Shown here: positions 9,934 to 19,042 of the stretch, one piece after another
How positions within the stretch are numbered: position 1 is the first letter of the stretch
Layout of the letters: every line of letters starts with the position of its first letter
NCBI GenBank assembly: GCA_015065225.1
Contig: SVQR01000002.1
Location: 1-55,584 of the forward strand
Direction of reading: 5' to 3'
From: Oscillospiraceae bacterium
Lineage (GTDB): Bacteria; Bacillota; Clostridia; Oscillospirales; CAG-382
DNA: 55,584 nucleotides
Translations under genes and position numbers: made by a program
The notes under the pieces: generated by a model
Database searches by the model: none
Seen by the model: the letters and a program-made list of their open reading frames with translations, nothing else
Told to the model about the DNA's origin: nothing

Positions 9934-12897
9934 ATGAAAGATACAGCAAAAACCGACGGACTCCTTCTCGGTATAGATATCGGCTCGACAACAGCTAAGG
10001 TAGTCCTTATCGAAGATGAAAAGATAATATACAGTAAATACGAACGCCACTATTCGAAGGTTCGGGAAAAGACGTCTGAGATGCTTGCCGAAGTAAGACC
10101 TGTTATAGGTGAAAGAAGCTTCAGAGCGGCAATATCCGGCTCTGCGGGTATGGGACTTGCACAGGTAGCGGGTATCCCATTCGCACAGGAGGTGTTTGTC
10201 GTAGGTGAGGTCATAAGACGCAAGGAGCCTGACACTGCTGTCGTTATCGAGCTTGGCGGTGAGGATGCAAAGATAATCTTCTTTGACGGTGCCCCCGATG
10301 AAAGAATGAACGGCTCATGTGCCGGTGGTACAGGTGCATTCATTGACCAGATGGCTACACTTCTCTGTATGACAAACGACGAGATGGATAAAGCAAGTCT
10401 TGAGCATAAAAAGCTGTACCCCATTGCTTCAAGATGCGGAGTTTTCGCAAAGACAGACATCCAGCCTTTACTGAATCAGGGTGCAAGCAAGGCTGATGTT
10501 GCGGCAAGCATATATCAGGCGGTGGTAAATCAGACCATCGGAGGACTCGCACAAGGCAGAAAAATACGCGGCAAAGTAATGTTTCTCGGTGGACCGCTCT
10601 ATTATTGCAAGGGACTTCGCGAAAGATTCGTCGATACTCTCGGACTCACCCCCGAAAACGCAGTATTCCCCGACTATGCCATATATGCGGTCGCGTTGGG
10701 AACAGCTCTTTATGCGTCAAAGATTGGCGAAGATACAACGATAGATACGTTCATTGCCGCAATAGAGAACGCAAAGTCCTACTCCTCGGGAACGGACACA
10801 CTTCCCGCACTTTTTGAAAACGAGGATGAATATAACGAATTTTCCGCACGTCACGCTAAGGCAAATGTTGAAACAAAGGATATATCATCATACTCAGGAA
10901 AGGCATTTCTCGGCATAGACTGCGGAAGCACCACGACAAAGCTTGTCCTTCTTTCGGAGAATAACGAAATTATATACAGCTACTATGCCTCAAACCAAGG
11001 CAATCCTGTGGAGGTCGTACGCTCCGAACTTGAAAAGCTGTATTCTCTCATGGGTGACAGAATAACCATATGCGGAAGTGCTGTCACAGGCTACGGAGAG
11101 GAGCTTATAAAGAACGCTTTCGGCTGTGATATAGGCATTGTAGAAACCATCGCTCATTACACCGCCGCAAAGTACTTCTGCCCTGATGTTGACTTCATAC
11201 TCGACATTGGAGGTCAGGATATCAAATGCTTCAAGATAAAGAACGGTGCTATAGACAGTATAATGCTTAACGAAGCCTGCTCATCGGGATGCGGATCATT
11301 CCTTGAGACATTTGCAAAATCTATGGGATATCCGATAGCGGAATTTGCAAAAAAGGGAATCTACGGTAAGAATCCCGTAAACCTCGGTTCAAGATGCACC
11401 GTATTCATGAATTCCTCGGTAAAGCAGGCACAGAAGGACGGTGCGGGAGTTGAGGATATCTCCGCAGGTCTTTCCATAAGTGTTGTTAAAAACGCAATAT
11501 ACAAGGTCATTCGTGCGGCAAGTGCCGATGAGCTGGGTGAAAACATAGTTGTCCAGGGCGGTACTTTCTATAACGATGCTGTACTGCGTGCATTTGAACG
11601 TGAGCTTGGCAAGAATGTCATCCGTCCCGGTATTGCGGGACTTATGGGTGCATACGGTGCGGCACTATATTCAAAAAGATGCAAAGCCTCCTCCATCATT
11701 ACCCGTGAGGATCTCTCAGGCTTTACACATACATCAAAATCCGCCTCCTGCAAGGGATGCACCAACAACTGTCACCTTACGATAAACACCTTTGCGGATG
11801 GCAGAAAATTCATATCCGGAAACAGATGCGAAAAGGGACTTGGACTTGAAAAGACATCAAAAGATGTCCCCAATCTCTATGAATTCAAACGCAAGGCTCT
11901 GCTGGAAATGCAGGGCGGTGAAGCCAAACGCGGAACGATAGGTCTTCCTCTTGCGCTGGGAATGTATGAGCTTCTTCCTCTCTGGTACGGAATATTCTCA
12001 CATCTCGGATTCAAAGTGATACTTTCCGGAATGTCCTCAAGACGTACATATGAAAAAGGACAGCTCTCCATTCCATCGGATACGGTATGTTATCCCGCAA
12101 AGCTGATGCACGGACATATTGCGGAGCTTCTTGATCATAAGACGGATGCAATCTTCTACCCTTGCCTTTCCTACAATATTGATGAAAAGGCTTCGGACAA
12201 TCACTACAACTGTCCCGTTGTCGCATACTATTCCGAGCTTCTCGACGGCAACATAGAGGAGCTTCGTGATACGGTATTCCTATATCCGTACCTTAACGTA
12301 AACAGCAAAAAAGAGCTTGCAAAGGAGCTTTCCGGGTATATTTCAAAGAAGCTGTGTCCGATATCCGTCAGAGAAATGCGAAAGGCTGTGGACAAAGGCT
12401 TCGAGCTTTACAACAGTTATATGGACAGTGTAAAGCGTGAGGGAGAGAGAGCGATTCAATACGCCAAAGAAAACGGCAAGCGCGTAATGATACTCGCAGG
12501 TCGCCCCTATCATATCGACTCGGAGATATGTCACGGTATAGACGATCTTGCAAAGAGCCTCGGCTTTGTAGTTGTCAGCGAAGACAGCGTATTTCATCTT
12601 GCAGAGCCTGTACAAGTGAATGTCCTTAATCAGTGGACATATCATGCAAGGCTTTACAGGGCGGCGGTATATGCATCCACAAATCCCGATGCAGAGCTTG
12701 TTCAGCTTGTATCCTTCGGTTGCGGTGTTGATGCCATTACAACAGATGAGGTGAGAAGCCTGCTCGAAGAAAGAGGCAAATTCTACACTCAGATAAAGAT
12801 AGACGAGATAACAAATCTCGGTGCGGTAAAGATAAGACTTCGCAGTCTCATAGGTGCAATAGAAGAAAAAAGGGAAAAGGAGGACGCAAAAGCATGA
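9934..12897 (+). CDS. BCR/HAD-family fusion protein: two BcrAD/BadFG-type activase ATPase domains plus a C-terminal dehydratase-related domain. Candidate large subunit of an anaerobic plasmalogen synthase.
   Basis: 987 aa. Duplicated ASKHA ATPase starts (LLGIDIGSTTAKVVLIE, FLGIDCGSTTTKLVLLS). Cys motif CKGCTNNC. Overlaps the next ORF (ATGA at 12894-12897). Confidence 0.6.
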   Translation: MKDTAKTDGLLLGIDIGSTTAKVVLIEDEKIIYSKYERHYSKVREKTSEMLAEVRPVIGERSFRAAISGSAGMGLAQVAGIPFAQEVFVVGEVIRRKEPDTAVVIELGGEDAKIIFFDGAPDERMNGSCAGGTGAFIDQMATLLCMTNDEMDKASLEHKKLYPIASRCGVFAKTDIQPLLNQGASKADVAASIYQAVVNQTIGGLAQGRKIRGKVMFLGGPLYYCKGLRERFVDTLGLTPENAVFPDYAIYAVALGTALYASKIGEDTTIDTFIAAIENAKSYSSGTDTLPALFENEDEYNEFSARHAKANVETKDISSYSGKAFLGIDCGSTTTKLVLLSENNEIIYSYYASNQGNPVEVVRSELEKLYSLMGDRITICGSAVTGYGEELIKNAFGCDIGIVETIAHYTAAKYFCPDVDFILDIGGQDIKCFKIKNGAIDSIMLNEACSSGCGSFLETFAKSMGYPIAEFAKKGIYGKNPVNLGSRCTVFMNSSVKQAQKDGAGVEDISAGLSISVVKNAIYKVIRAASADELGENIVVQGGTFYNDAVLRAFERELGKNVIRPGIAGLMGAYGAALYSKRCKASSIITREDLSGFTHTSKSASCKGCTNNCHLTINTFADGRKFISGNRCEKGLGLEKTSKDVPNLYEFKRKALLEMQGGEAKRGTIGLPLALGMYELLPLWYGIFSHLGFKVILSGMSSRRTYEKGQLSIPSDTVCYPAKLMHGHIAELLDHKTDAIFYPCLSYNIDEKASDNHYNCPVVAYYSELLDGNIEELRDTVFLYPYLNVNSKKELAKELSGYISKKLCPISVREMRKAVDKGFELYNSYMDSVKREGERAIQYAKENGKRVMILAGRPYHIDSEICHGIDDLAKSLGFVVVSEDSVFHLAEPVQVNVLNQWTYHARLYRAAVYASTNPDAELVQLVSFGCGVDAITTDEVRSLLEERGKFYTQIKIDEITNLGAVKIRLRSLIGAIEEKREKEDAKA

Positions 12898-14195
12898 CGG
12901 GAAATTATGTTGAATTCACCGAAGAAATGAAAAAAGAATACACTGTACTTGTCCCGAATATGCTTCCCATGCATTTCAAGATGATAATGCGCGTTCTCAA
13001 AAATTACGGTTATAACATGGAGCTTCTGGAGACGGAAGGCAAGCACATCGCAGAAAAGGGACTCAGATACGTACATAACGACACCTGTTATCCCGCAATA
13101 CTTGTAATAGGTCAGTTTCTGGATGCGATAGAAAGCGGAAAATATGATCCGCACAAGGTGGCACTCATCCTTTTCCAGACAGGAGGCGGTTGCAGGGCAT
13201 CCAACTATGTATCGCTTCTCAGAAAAGCTCTTGCAAAGGCAGGGTACGGATATGTGCCTGTAATTGCGTTCAGCTTCGGCAATATCGAGAAGCACTCCGG
13301 ATGGAATATCACGGTATCATTGTACCTTAAGCTCTTTTGCGCACTTCTGTATGCTGATCTCCTCATGAATCTTCAGAATCAGTGCAAGGTATACGAGAAA
13401 AATCCCGGCGATACAGACCTTGTCTGCGAAAAATGGCTTGCAAAGCTGACATCGGGAAACAAAGCCATGCCCCTTTCCGGAGGCAAAAAAGCAAAGGAGC
13501 TATACAAAACGATCCTCGATGATTTCGCCGCAATTGAGAAGGTACAAAAACCTAAGCTCAAGGTCGGCATAGTCGGTGAGATATTTGTAAAGTATTCACC
13601 TCTCGGAAACAATAACCTCGCAGACTTTCTTGTCAAAAACGGTGCAGAGCCCGTAATTCCGGGGTTCATTGATTTCCTTCTCTACTGCATCTATAACGTA
13701 GTTCTTGACAAAAAGCTGTACGGCTTCAAATCATTCATATACACTGCGTACGGAATGGTATACAATGTCATCCTGAAAAGGCAGAAGGAGCTCATTGAAG
13801 CGATAAACGAGCACGGAGTCTTTGACGCACCGACGCCCTTTGACGAGACTCTCACCCTTGCAAAAGGTATAATCAGCTTCGGAGCAAAGATGGGCGAGGG
13901 ATGGCTTCTCACATCGGAAATGGTGGAGCTTTACCACAGCGGTGCAAAGAACATAGTCTGCACGCAGCCCTTCGGATGCCTTCCCAACCATATCTGCGGC
14001 AAAGGTATGATGAAGCCTCTGAAGGAAAAATATCCGGACATAAACATAGTCGCAATAGACTACGATGCAGGTGCAACGGCGGTGAATCAGGAGAACCGTA
14101 TACGCCTGATGCTTTCCAATGCAAGGCTTGCGCTTGAAGAAGATATAACAAAGACCGCTCCCGCAAAAAAGGATACGGAAACGGTACAAGTATAA
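12894..14195 (+). CDS. 2-hydroxyacyl-CoA dehydratase (HgdB/YjiM-like) family protein, partner of the preceding activase fusion
   Basis: 433 aa. HNDTCYPAILVIGQ, FQTGGGCRASNY and CTQPFGCLPNHICGKG motifs. Translationally coupled to 9934-12897. Confidence 0.6.
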   Translation: MTGNYVEFTEEMKKEYTVLVPNMLPMHFKMIMRVLKNYGYNMELLETEGKHIAEKGLRYVHNDTCYPAILVIGQFLDAIESGKYDPHKVALILFQTGGGCRASNYVSLLRKALAKAGYGYVPVIAFSFGNIEKHSGWNITVSLYLKLFCALLYADLLMNLQNQCKVYEKNPGDTDLVCEKWLAKLTSGNKAMPLSGGKKAKELYKTILDDFAAIEKVQKPKLKVGIVGEIFVKYSPLGNNNLADFLVKNGAEPVIPGFIDFLLYCIYNVVLDKKLYGFKSFIYTAYGMVYNVILKRQKELIEAINEHGVFDAPTPFDETLTLAKGIISFGAKMGEGWLLTSEMVELYHSGAKNIVCTQPFGCLPNHICGKGMMKPLKEKYPDINIVAIDYDAGATAVNQENRIRLMLSNARLALEEDITKTAPAKKDTETVQV

Positions 14196-14203
14196 AAACA
14201 ACT

Positions 14204-14242
14204 CCCTGTCGAAATCGCTTTCGGCAGGGATAATTTGTTGTT
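14204..14242. terminator. Hairpin terminator between the convergent BCR/HAD operon and the glycogen operon
   Basis: 11-bp stem ccctgtcgaaa/tttcggcaggg (one G-U pair), loop tcgc. T-rich tract on both strands. Confidence 0.6.
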
Positions 14243-14252
14243 ATAGACTTTA

Positions 14253-14348
14253 TCAGAATATTGTAGGTGCAATTGTTATAGTAAGTACCGAAAGTATCAT
14301 AAGTGCCGCAAGCACCCAACAGATAATTCTTACTGCCTTCTTATTCAT
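14253..14348 (-). CDS. Possible 31-aa hydrophobic micropeptide (MNKKAVRIICWVLAALMILSVLTITIAPTIF)
   Basis: Below the ORF-track length cutoff; I translated it by hand. The ATG lies 4 nt after the GH13 stop, with AAGGTG 6 nt upstream. Single predicted TM helix. Followed by the terminator at 14204-14242. Confidence 0.35.
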   Translation of the reverse strand: MNKKAVRIICWVLAALMILSVLTITIAPTIF

Positions 14349-14352
14349 ATCT

Positions 14353-16320
14353 TCACCTTCTTCCCTTATTCTTTTTAAGTATCCTTGCCGACATGGGAGA
14401 TATATCAACATTCTTCTTCAACGTCTCCCCCGTTATAATGTCGGTATAATTTCCTGAAAGTTCTCTTGTGACAGCTTGCTTTGAAACATTTACGGTCACA
14501 AGTATTTCGTTATTCTTATCATATCGTTTATAAGAAACAAACCCGTCGGAAACTTCCGTAAATTCAAAGTATCCCTTTGCGAAAACAGGCTCGCTTCGTC
14601 TTATGCCGCCAAGTATTCTGTAATGGGAAAGAAGCTCCTTGTCCTGCTTATGCCATGGATATGGCAATCTGCAAAAGGGATCTCTGTATCCTTCAAGTCC
14701 CGCTTCATCACCGTAAAACAGTGAGGGCGTACCAAACAGCGTATACTGCACAATGCTTGCAGTTTTAAGCATTTGTATTGCTTTTGTTCTCTGTTCGGAA
14801 GTCATCCTCTTGACGGACAACTGCTCATTGGTATATCCTTCCGAATCATCTCCGCCGAGTACGGTAAGAATCCTGTCGGTATCATGCGTGCCGAGGATAT
14901 TCATAAGTACATCCGAGCATTGAGACGGATAGCTCATATAAAGCTCTGTTACGGTATTGTGGAAAAACTCTGTATCACCGTTTTTTATAAGCTCGGTCAC
15001 GGCATTTTTTACAGGGTAATTCATAACGCTGTCAAGCTGAGAGCCTCTGAAGTACTTTCTTCTGCTGCCGTATGCTATCTTGTCGGCGGCATTCTCCCAT
15101 ACTTCGCCTATTATAAGTCCGTCTTTGTTCTTTTCCCTAACCACGGTTCGCAGACCGTCAAGAAAACTTTCCGGAAGCTCATCGGCTACATCAAGTCTTA
15201 TACCGCCGATTCCCATATCCAGATACTTCTCAAGAACACCGTCTTTTCCGAGGAAATAATTTCTGCAATCTTCGTTTTCAAGGTTGAGCTTCGGAAGGAC
15301 CTCTATCCCCCACCAGCTCTTATATTTTCCGTTATCCTCAAAGGTGTACCAGTCACGGTAAGGAGATTCCTCGTTCCCATAAGCACCGATACTGTCGTAT
15401 CGTTCGTATCTGTTAAAGTAAAGGCTGTCGTCGCCGGTATGATTGAAAACACCGTCAAGTATGACCTTTATATCTCTTTTTTTCGCTTCGTCTATGAGTA
15501 AACGCAAAGCATCCTCACCGCCGAACATTTCATCCACCGTCATGTAATCGCCGGTATCATACTTATGGTTGGAGTATGCTTTGAATATGGGGCTTAAATA
15601 GATGCATCCCACGCCGAGGCTCTCAAGATAGTCAAGTTTTTCCGCAACACCGTAAAGCGTGCCGCCGAAAAACACATTATTCTCCACGAATGCTCCCGGA
15701 TATTCACCGTACTGCGGTATTCCGTTCTCCCAATCGGGATTCATAACAGCCGTGTCGGATACGGGAACACTCTTTGAGCCTTTGAAAAATCTGTCCACAA
15801 AAACGTGATACATAACATTCCCTTTAAACCAGTCGGGAGTCTCAAAGCCTTTGTCATAAACAAGAAGTCTCGATCTTCTGTCGCAAAGCTCCTCACACAG
15901 TTCAAAGTCGATATTGTTGATACTGCAGGTATAAAGCATGAAGCTGCCGAAGGAGATCTCAAAGTGATAATAGTAAAGACCGTTTGCAAGGCTCTCCGGA
16001 AGCTCTGTCACGGGAATCTCGCAAAAAAACCTGTCCGTCACAAGATCAGAAGACAACGACAGATCAAAGCCGCGTGTCTCTCCGAAATCCCTTGAAAACC
16101 AAAGTTTGACACTGCAAGCACCCGCACGTCTGGGAAGCTCTAACTCAAATTGCAAAGCATCCTTTTTTGAAGGTACGCATACAGCACCTGTCTTTGAGAT
16201 ATCCTTCCTTCCCAGCTTCTTTTTTATCCGCACGATCGGTGCATCGCCTAAAACAGAGCACCTCTGTACTTTCCCAAGTACACCGATCACGGTCAAATTC
16301 TCTTTCAAACTTTTTTGCAT
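14353..16320 (-). CDS. GH13 alpha-glucan hydrolase (neopullulanase / cyclomaltodextrinase-like)
   Basis: 655 aa. GH13 regions VFNHTGDDS, GIRLDVADELP, GEVWENA and LGTHDTDR. Last large gene of the glg operon. The start codon is less certain because the SD is weak. Confidence 0.8.
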   Translation of the reverse strand: MQKSLKENLTVIGVLGKVQRCSVLGDAPIVRIKKKLGRKDISKTGAVCVPSKKDALQFELELPRRAGACSVKLWFSRDFGETRGFDLSLSSDLVTDRFFCEIPVTELPESLANGLYYYHFEISFGSFMLYTCSINNIDFELCEELCDRRSRLLVYDKGFETPDWFKGNVMYHVFVDRFFKGSKSVPVSDTAVMNPDWENGIPQYGEYPGAFVENNVFFGGTLYGVAEKLDYLESLGVGCIYLSPIFKAYSNHKYDTGDYMTVDEMFGGEDALRLLIDEAKKRDIKVILDGVFNHTGDDSLYFNRYERYDSIGAYGNEESPYRDWYTFEDNGKYKSWWGIEVLPKLNLENEDCRNYFLGKDGVLEKYLDMGIGGIRLDVADELPESFLDGLRTVVREKNKDGLIIGEVWENAADKIAYGSRRKYFRGSQLDSVMNYPVKNAVTELIKNGDTEFFHNTVTELYMSYPSQCSDVLMNILGTHDTDRILTVLGGDDSEGYTNEQLSVKRMTSEQRTKAIQMLKTASIVQYTLFGTPSLFYGDEAGLEGYRDPFCRLPYPWHKQDKELLSHYRILGGIRRSEPVFAKGYFEFTEVSDGFVSYKRYDKNNEILVTVNVSKQAVTRELSGNYTDIITGETLKKNVDISPMSARILKKNKGRR

Positions 16321-16399
16321 AGATTACGATTCCAAAATACAATCGAATGAATATCTCCGCTATCAAAGCAAAGAGCAACATTCCCTATATCCTAAATTC

Positions 16400-18820
16400 T
16401 CAGATTTCCTTCAGCTTCCAGATATTTTCCGCATACTCACGGATGCTTCTGTCAGCTGCAAACTTACCTGCCGCCGCAATATTGATGAGTGACATTCTGT
16501 TCCATTTCTCCGGATTCTTATAAACCGCAAGCGACTTCTCGTGTGCCTGTCTGTAAGACTCGAAGTCCGCAAGACACATATAGGGATCAGCAACACCGTG
16601 TCCCTGAAGCAGATACGAGCTTATATCCCTGAAGCTTTCTCCGGCAAAGCCGATACCGAGAGCATCCACCGCACGTCTGAGTCTTTCGTTGCCTGTATAG
16701 AACATTGTGGACTGATAGCCTGAGAGCCACATCTGCTCAACCTCATTACAGGTAAGACCGAAGATGAACATATTCTCATCGCCTGTCTCGGCAACCATCT
16801 CAACATTTGCACCGTCGTATGTTCCGATGGTAAGAGCACCGTTGATCATCATCTTCATGCATCCCGTACCGCTTGCTTCCTTGCCGGCAAGTGATATCTG
16901 CTCGGAAATCTCTGCCGAGGGAATCAGTGCCTCCGCAAGACTTACATTGTAGTCCTCAAGGAACACAACTCTGAGCTTTTCACGAATTACGGGATCTCTT
17001 TCAATGTCCTTTGAAAGCATACAAATGAGCTTTATTATATTCTTCGCCATTGTATATCCGGGAGCCGCCTTTGCACCGAAAATGAAAGTCTGCGGTTGGA
17101 TATCAAGATTCGGATTCTCGCGAAGATCGTTGTATATCGAGATAATATTGAGTGCATTGAGAAGCTGTCTCTTGTACTCGTGAAGACGCTTTACCTGAAC
17201 GTCATAAAGGGAATCAGGATCAATTTTTACGCCTGCTTTATTAAACAGATAGTTTGAGAATGCAATCTTGTTATTCTTCTTTATATCACCGAGCCTTGAA
17301 AGTACGCTCTTGTCATCGGCAAACTTCTTGAAATCCGCGAGCTTTTCAGGATGCTTTCTGTAATCCACACCGATAGTTTCATCAAGAAGTCCGGCAAGAC
17401 CGGGATTAGAATAACAAAGCCATCTTCTGTGTGCAACACCGTTTGTTACGTTTGTGAACTTTTCGGGATACATTCTGTAGAAGTCCTTGAATACCGTTTC
17501 CTTGAGAATATCCGAATGAAGTGCGGAAACGCCGTTGACGGTATGCGATCCGATAACGGAAAGATTTGCCATTCTAACCTGATTGTAGCCGATAACAGCC
17601 ATGTTGGATATTCTGCTCCAGTTGCCGGGGAATACGTTCCATGCAGCCTTGCAGAATCTTTCGTTTATTTCCTTTACGATAGCGTGTATTCTCGGAAGTT
17701 TGAGTCTGAAAAGATCCTCGTTCCATGTTTCAAGTGCTTCCGGCATAACAGTGTGATTTGTGTAGGAAACTGTCTTTATAACGGTGTTCCAAGCCTTGTC
17801 CCAGTCAAAGAAGTACTCATCAATGAGTATTCTCATAAGTTCGGGAATACAAAGTGCGGGATGTGTATCGTTAATGTGGATCGCTACCTTATCCGAGAAA
17901 TTCTCAAGTGTCTTGTAAACCGCCATATGGTCGCGAACAATGCTCTGAACGGATGCGGAAACAAGGAAGTACTGCTGAGAAAGACGAAGGAGCTTACCCT
18001 CGTTGTGATTGTCGGAAGGATAGAGTACCTTGGATATGATGTCCGCATTTGTGCTCTCCTTCATCGCACTGTAATACTGTCCCTGTGTAAAGAGTCCCAT
18101 ATTGAAGTTCTGGATATCCCTTGCTTTCCAGAGTCTGAGAGTTGAAACAGCCTTGGAGTCGGCACCTGATATCATCATATCATAAGGCACAGCTTCCATC
18201 TCTTCGGCATTTTCGTAATATACCTCACATCTGCCGTTGTCCCATTTTTCCTTTACATGACCGCCGAAGCGCACCTTGAAAGTTCTGTCTGTTCTGGGAA
18301 CAAGCCATACCTCACCACCGGGAAGCCATATATCCGGAAGCTCAACCTGCATACCGTCAACTATCTTCTGCTTGAAAAGACCGTATTCATAGCAGATGGA
18401 AAAGCCTGTTGCGGGATAATCCAGAGATGAGAGTGAGTCCATAAAACAAGCGGCAAGTCTTCCGAGACCTCCGTTACCGAGTCCGGGGTCGGGCTCCATT
18501 TCATAAAGATCGTTAAGATCAAAACCGAGCTCTGCGAGAGCATCTCTGTAATTACCGTCTATTCCGAGATTGCAAAGGCTGTTCTTAAGGCTTCTGCCAA
18601 GCAGAAATTCCATACACATATAGTATACGCGCTTGCCCTGCTTCTCGTTGACTTCATTCTTGTAGTTCTTTCTCTTGTCCGTAAGTATATCCTTGACAGA
18701 GAGAGCTACTGCCTTGTACACCTGCTCCTTTGTAGCCTCGGCAACGGATGCGCCGAAGTATCTTGCAAGCTTTGTTTCAATAAGCTCTTTTACCTGATTC
18801 TTTTCGGGATTGTGATTCAT
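16400..18820 (-). CDS. glgP: Glycogen/maltodextrin phosphorylase (GT35)
   Basis: PLP-lysine region EASGTGCMKMMINGALTIGTYDGANVE. I prefer the ATG at 18820 (GGAG 6 nt upstream) over the track start at 18832, which has no SD. Confidence 0.9.
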   Translation of the reverse strand: MNHNPEKNQVKELIETKLARYFGASVAEATKEQVYKAVALSVKDILTDKRKNYKNEVNEKQGKRVYYMCMEFLLGRSLKNSLCNLGIDGNYRDALAELGFDLNDLYEMEPDPGLGNGGLGRLAACFMDSLSSLDYPATGFSICYEYGLFKQKIVDGMQVELPDIWLPGGEVWLVPRTDRTFKVRFGGHVKEKWDNGRCEVYYENAEEMEAVPYDMMISGADSKAVSTLRLWKARDIQNFNMGLFTQGQYYSAMKESTNADIISKVLYPSDNHNEGKLLRLSQQYFLVSASVQSIVRDHMAVYKTLENFSDKVAIHINDTHPALCIPELMRILIDEYFFDWDKAWNTVIKTVSYTNHTVMPEALETWNEDLFRLKLPRIHAIVKEINERFCKAAWNVFPGNWSRISNMAVIGYNQVRMANLSVIGSHTVNGVSALHSDILKETVFKDFYRMYPEKFTNVTNGVAHRRWLCYSNPGLAGLLDETIGVDYRKHPEKLADFKKFADDKSVLSRLGDIKKNNKIAFSNYLFNKAGVKIDPDSLYDVQVKRLHEYKRQLLNALNIISIYNDLRENPNLDIQPQTFIFGAKAAPGYTMAKNIIKLICMLSKDIERDPVIREKLRVVFLEDYNVSLAEALIPSAEISEQISLAGKEASGTGCMKMMINGALTIGTYDGANVEMVAETGDENMFIFGLTCNEVEQMWLSGYQSTMFYTGNERLRRAVDALGIGFAGESFRDISSYLLQGHGVADPYMCLADFESYRQAHEKSLAVYKNPEKWNRMSLINIAAAGKFAADRSIREYAENIWKLKEI

Positions 18821-18950
18821 ATTTATCTCCATTCTGTTGATTGATTACAAATTAATAAAAGCATATCCGTAAAAAGCGGATGTAAGACCTGACCGTAAAA
18901 AGACTTGTCTCATGAAAGAAAAACCCGAAATATCCGCGCTTCCCTTTCAT

Positions 18951-18999
18951 CAAACAAAGACGGCAAAAACCCAAATAAGAGTCCCGATCCTTGCCGTCC
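18951..18999 (-). terminator. Possible internal terminator or attenuating hairpin between glgA and glgP
   Basis: On the minus strand, an 8-bp stem gacggcaa/ttgccgtc with a large loop, then TTTGTTT. The large loop makes this weak. Confidence 0.3.
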
Positions 19000-19042
19000 T
19001 TGCAATAGTTATTCCAATTATGACAATTAATAATACATTATA

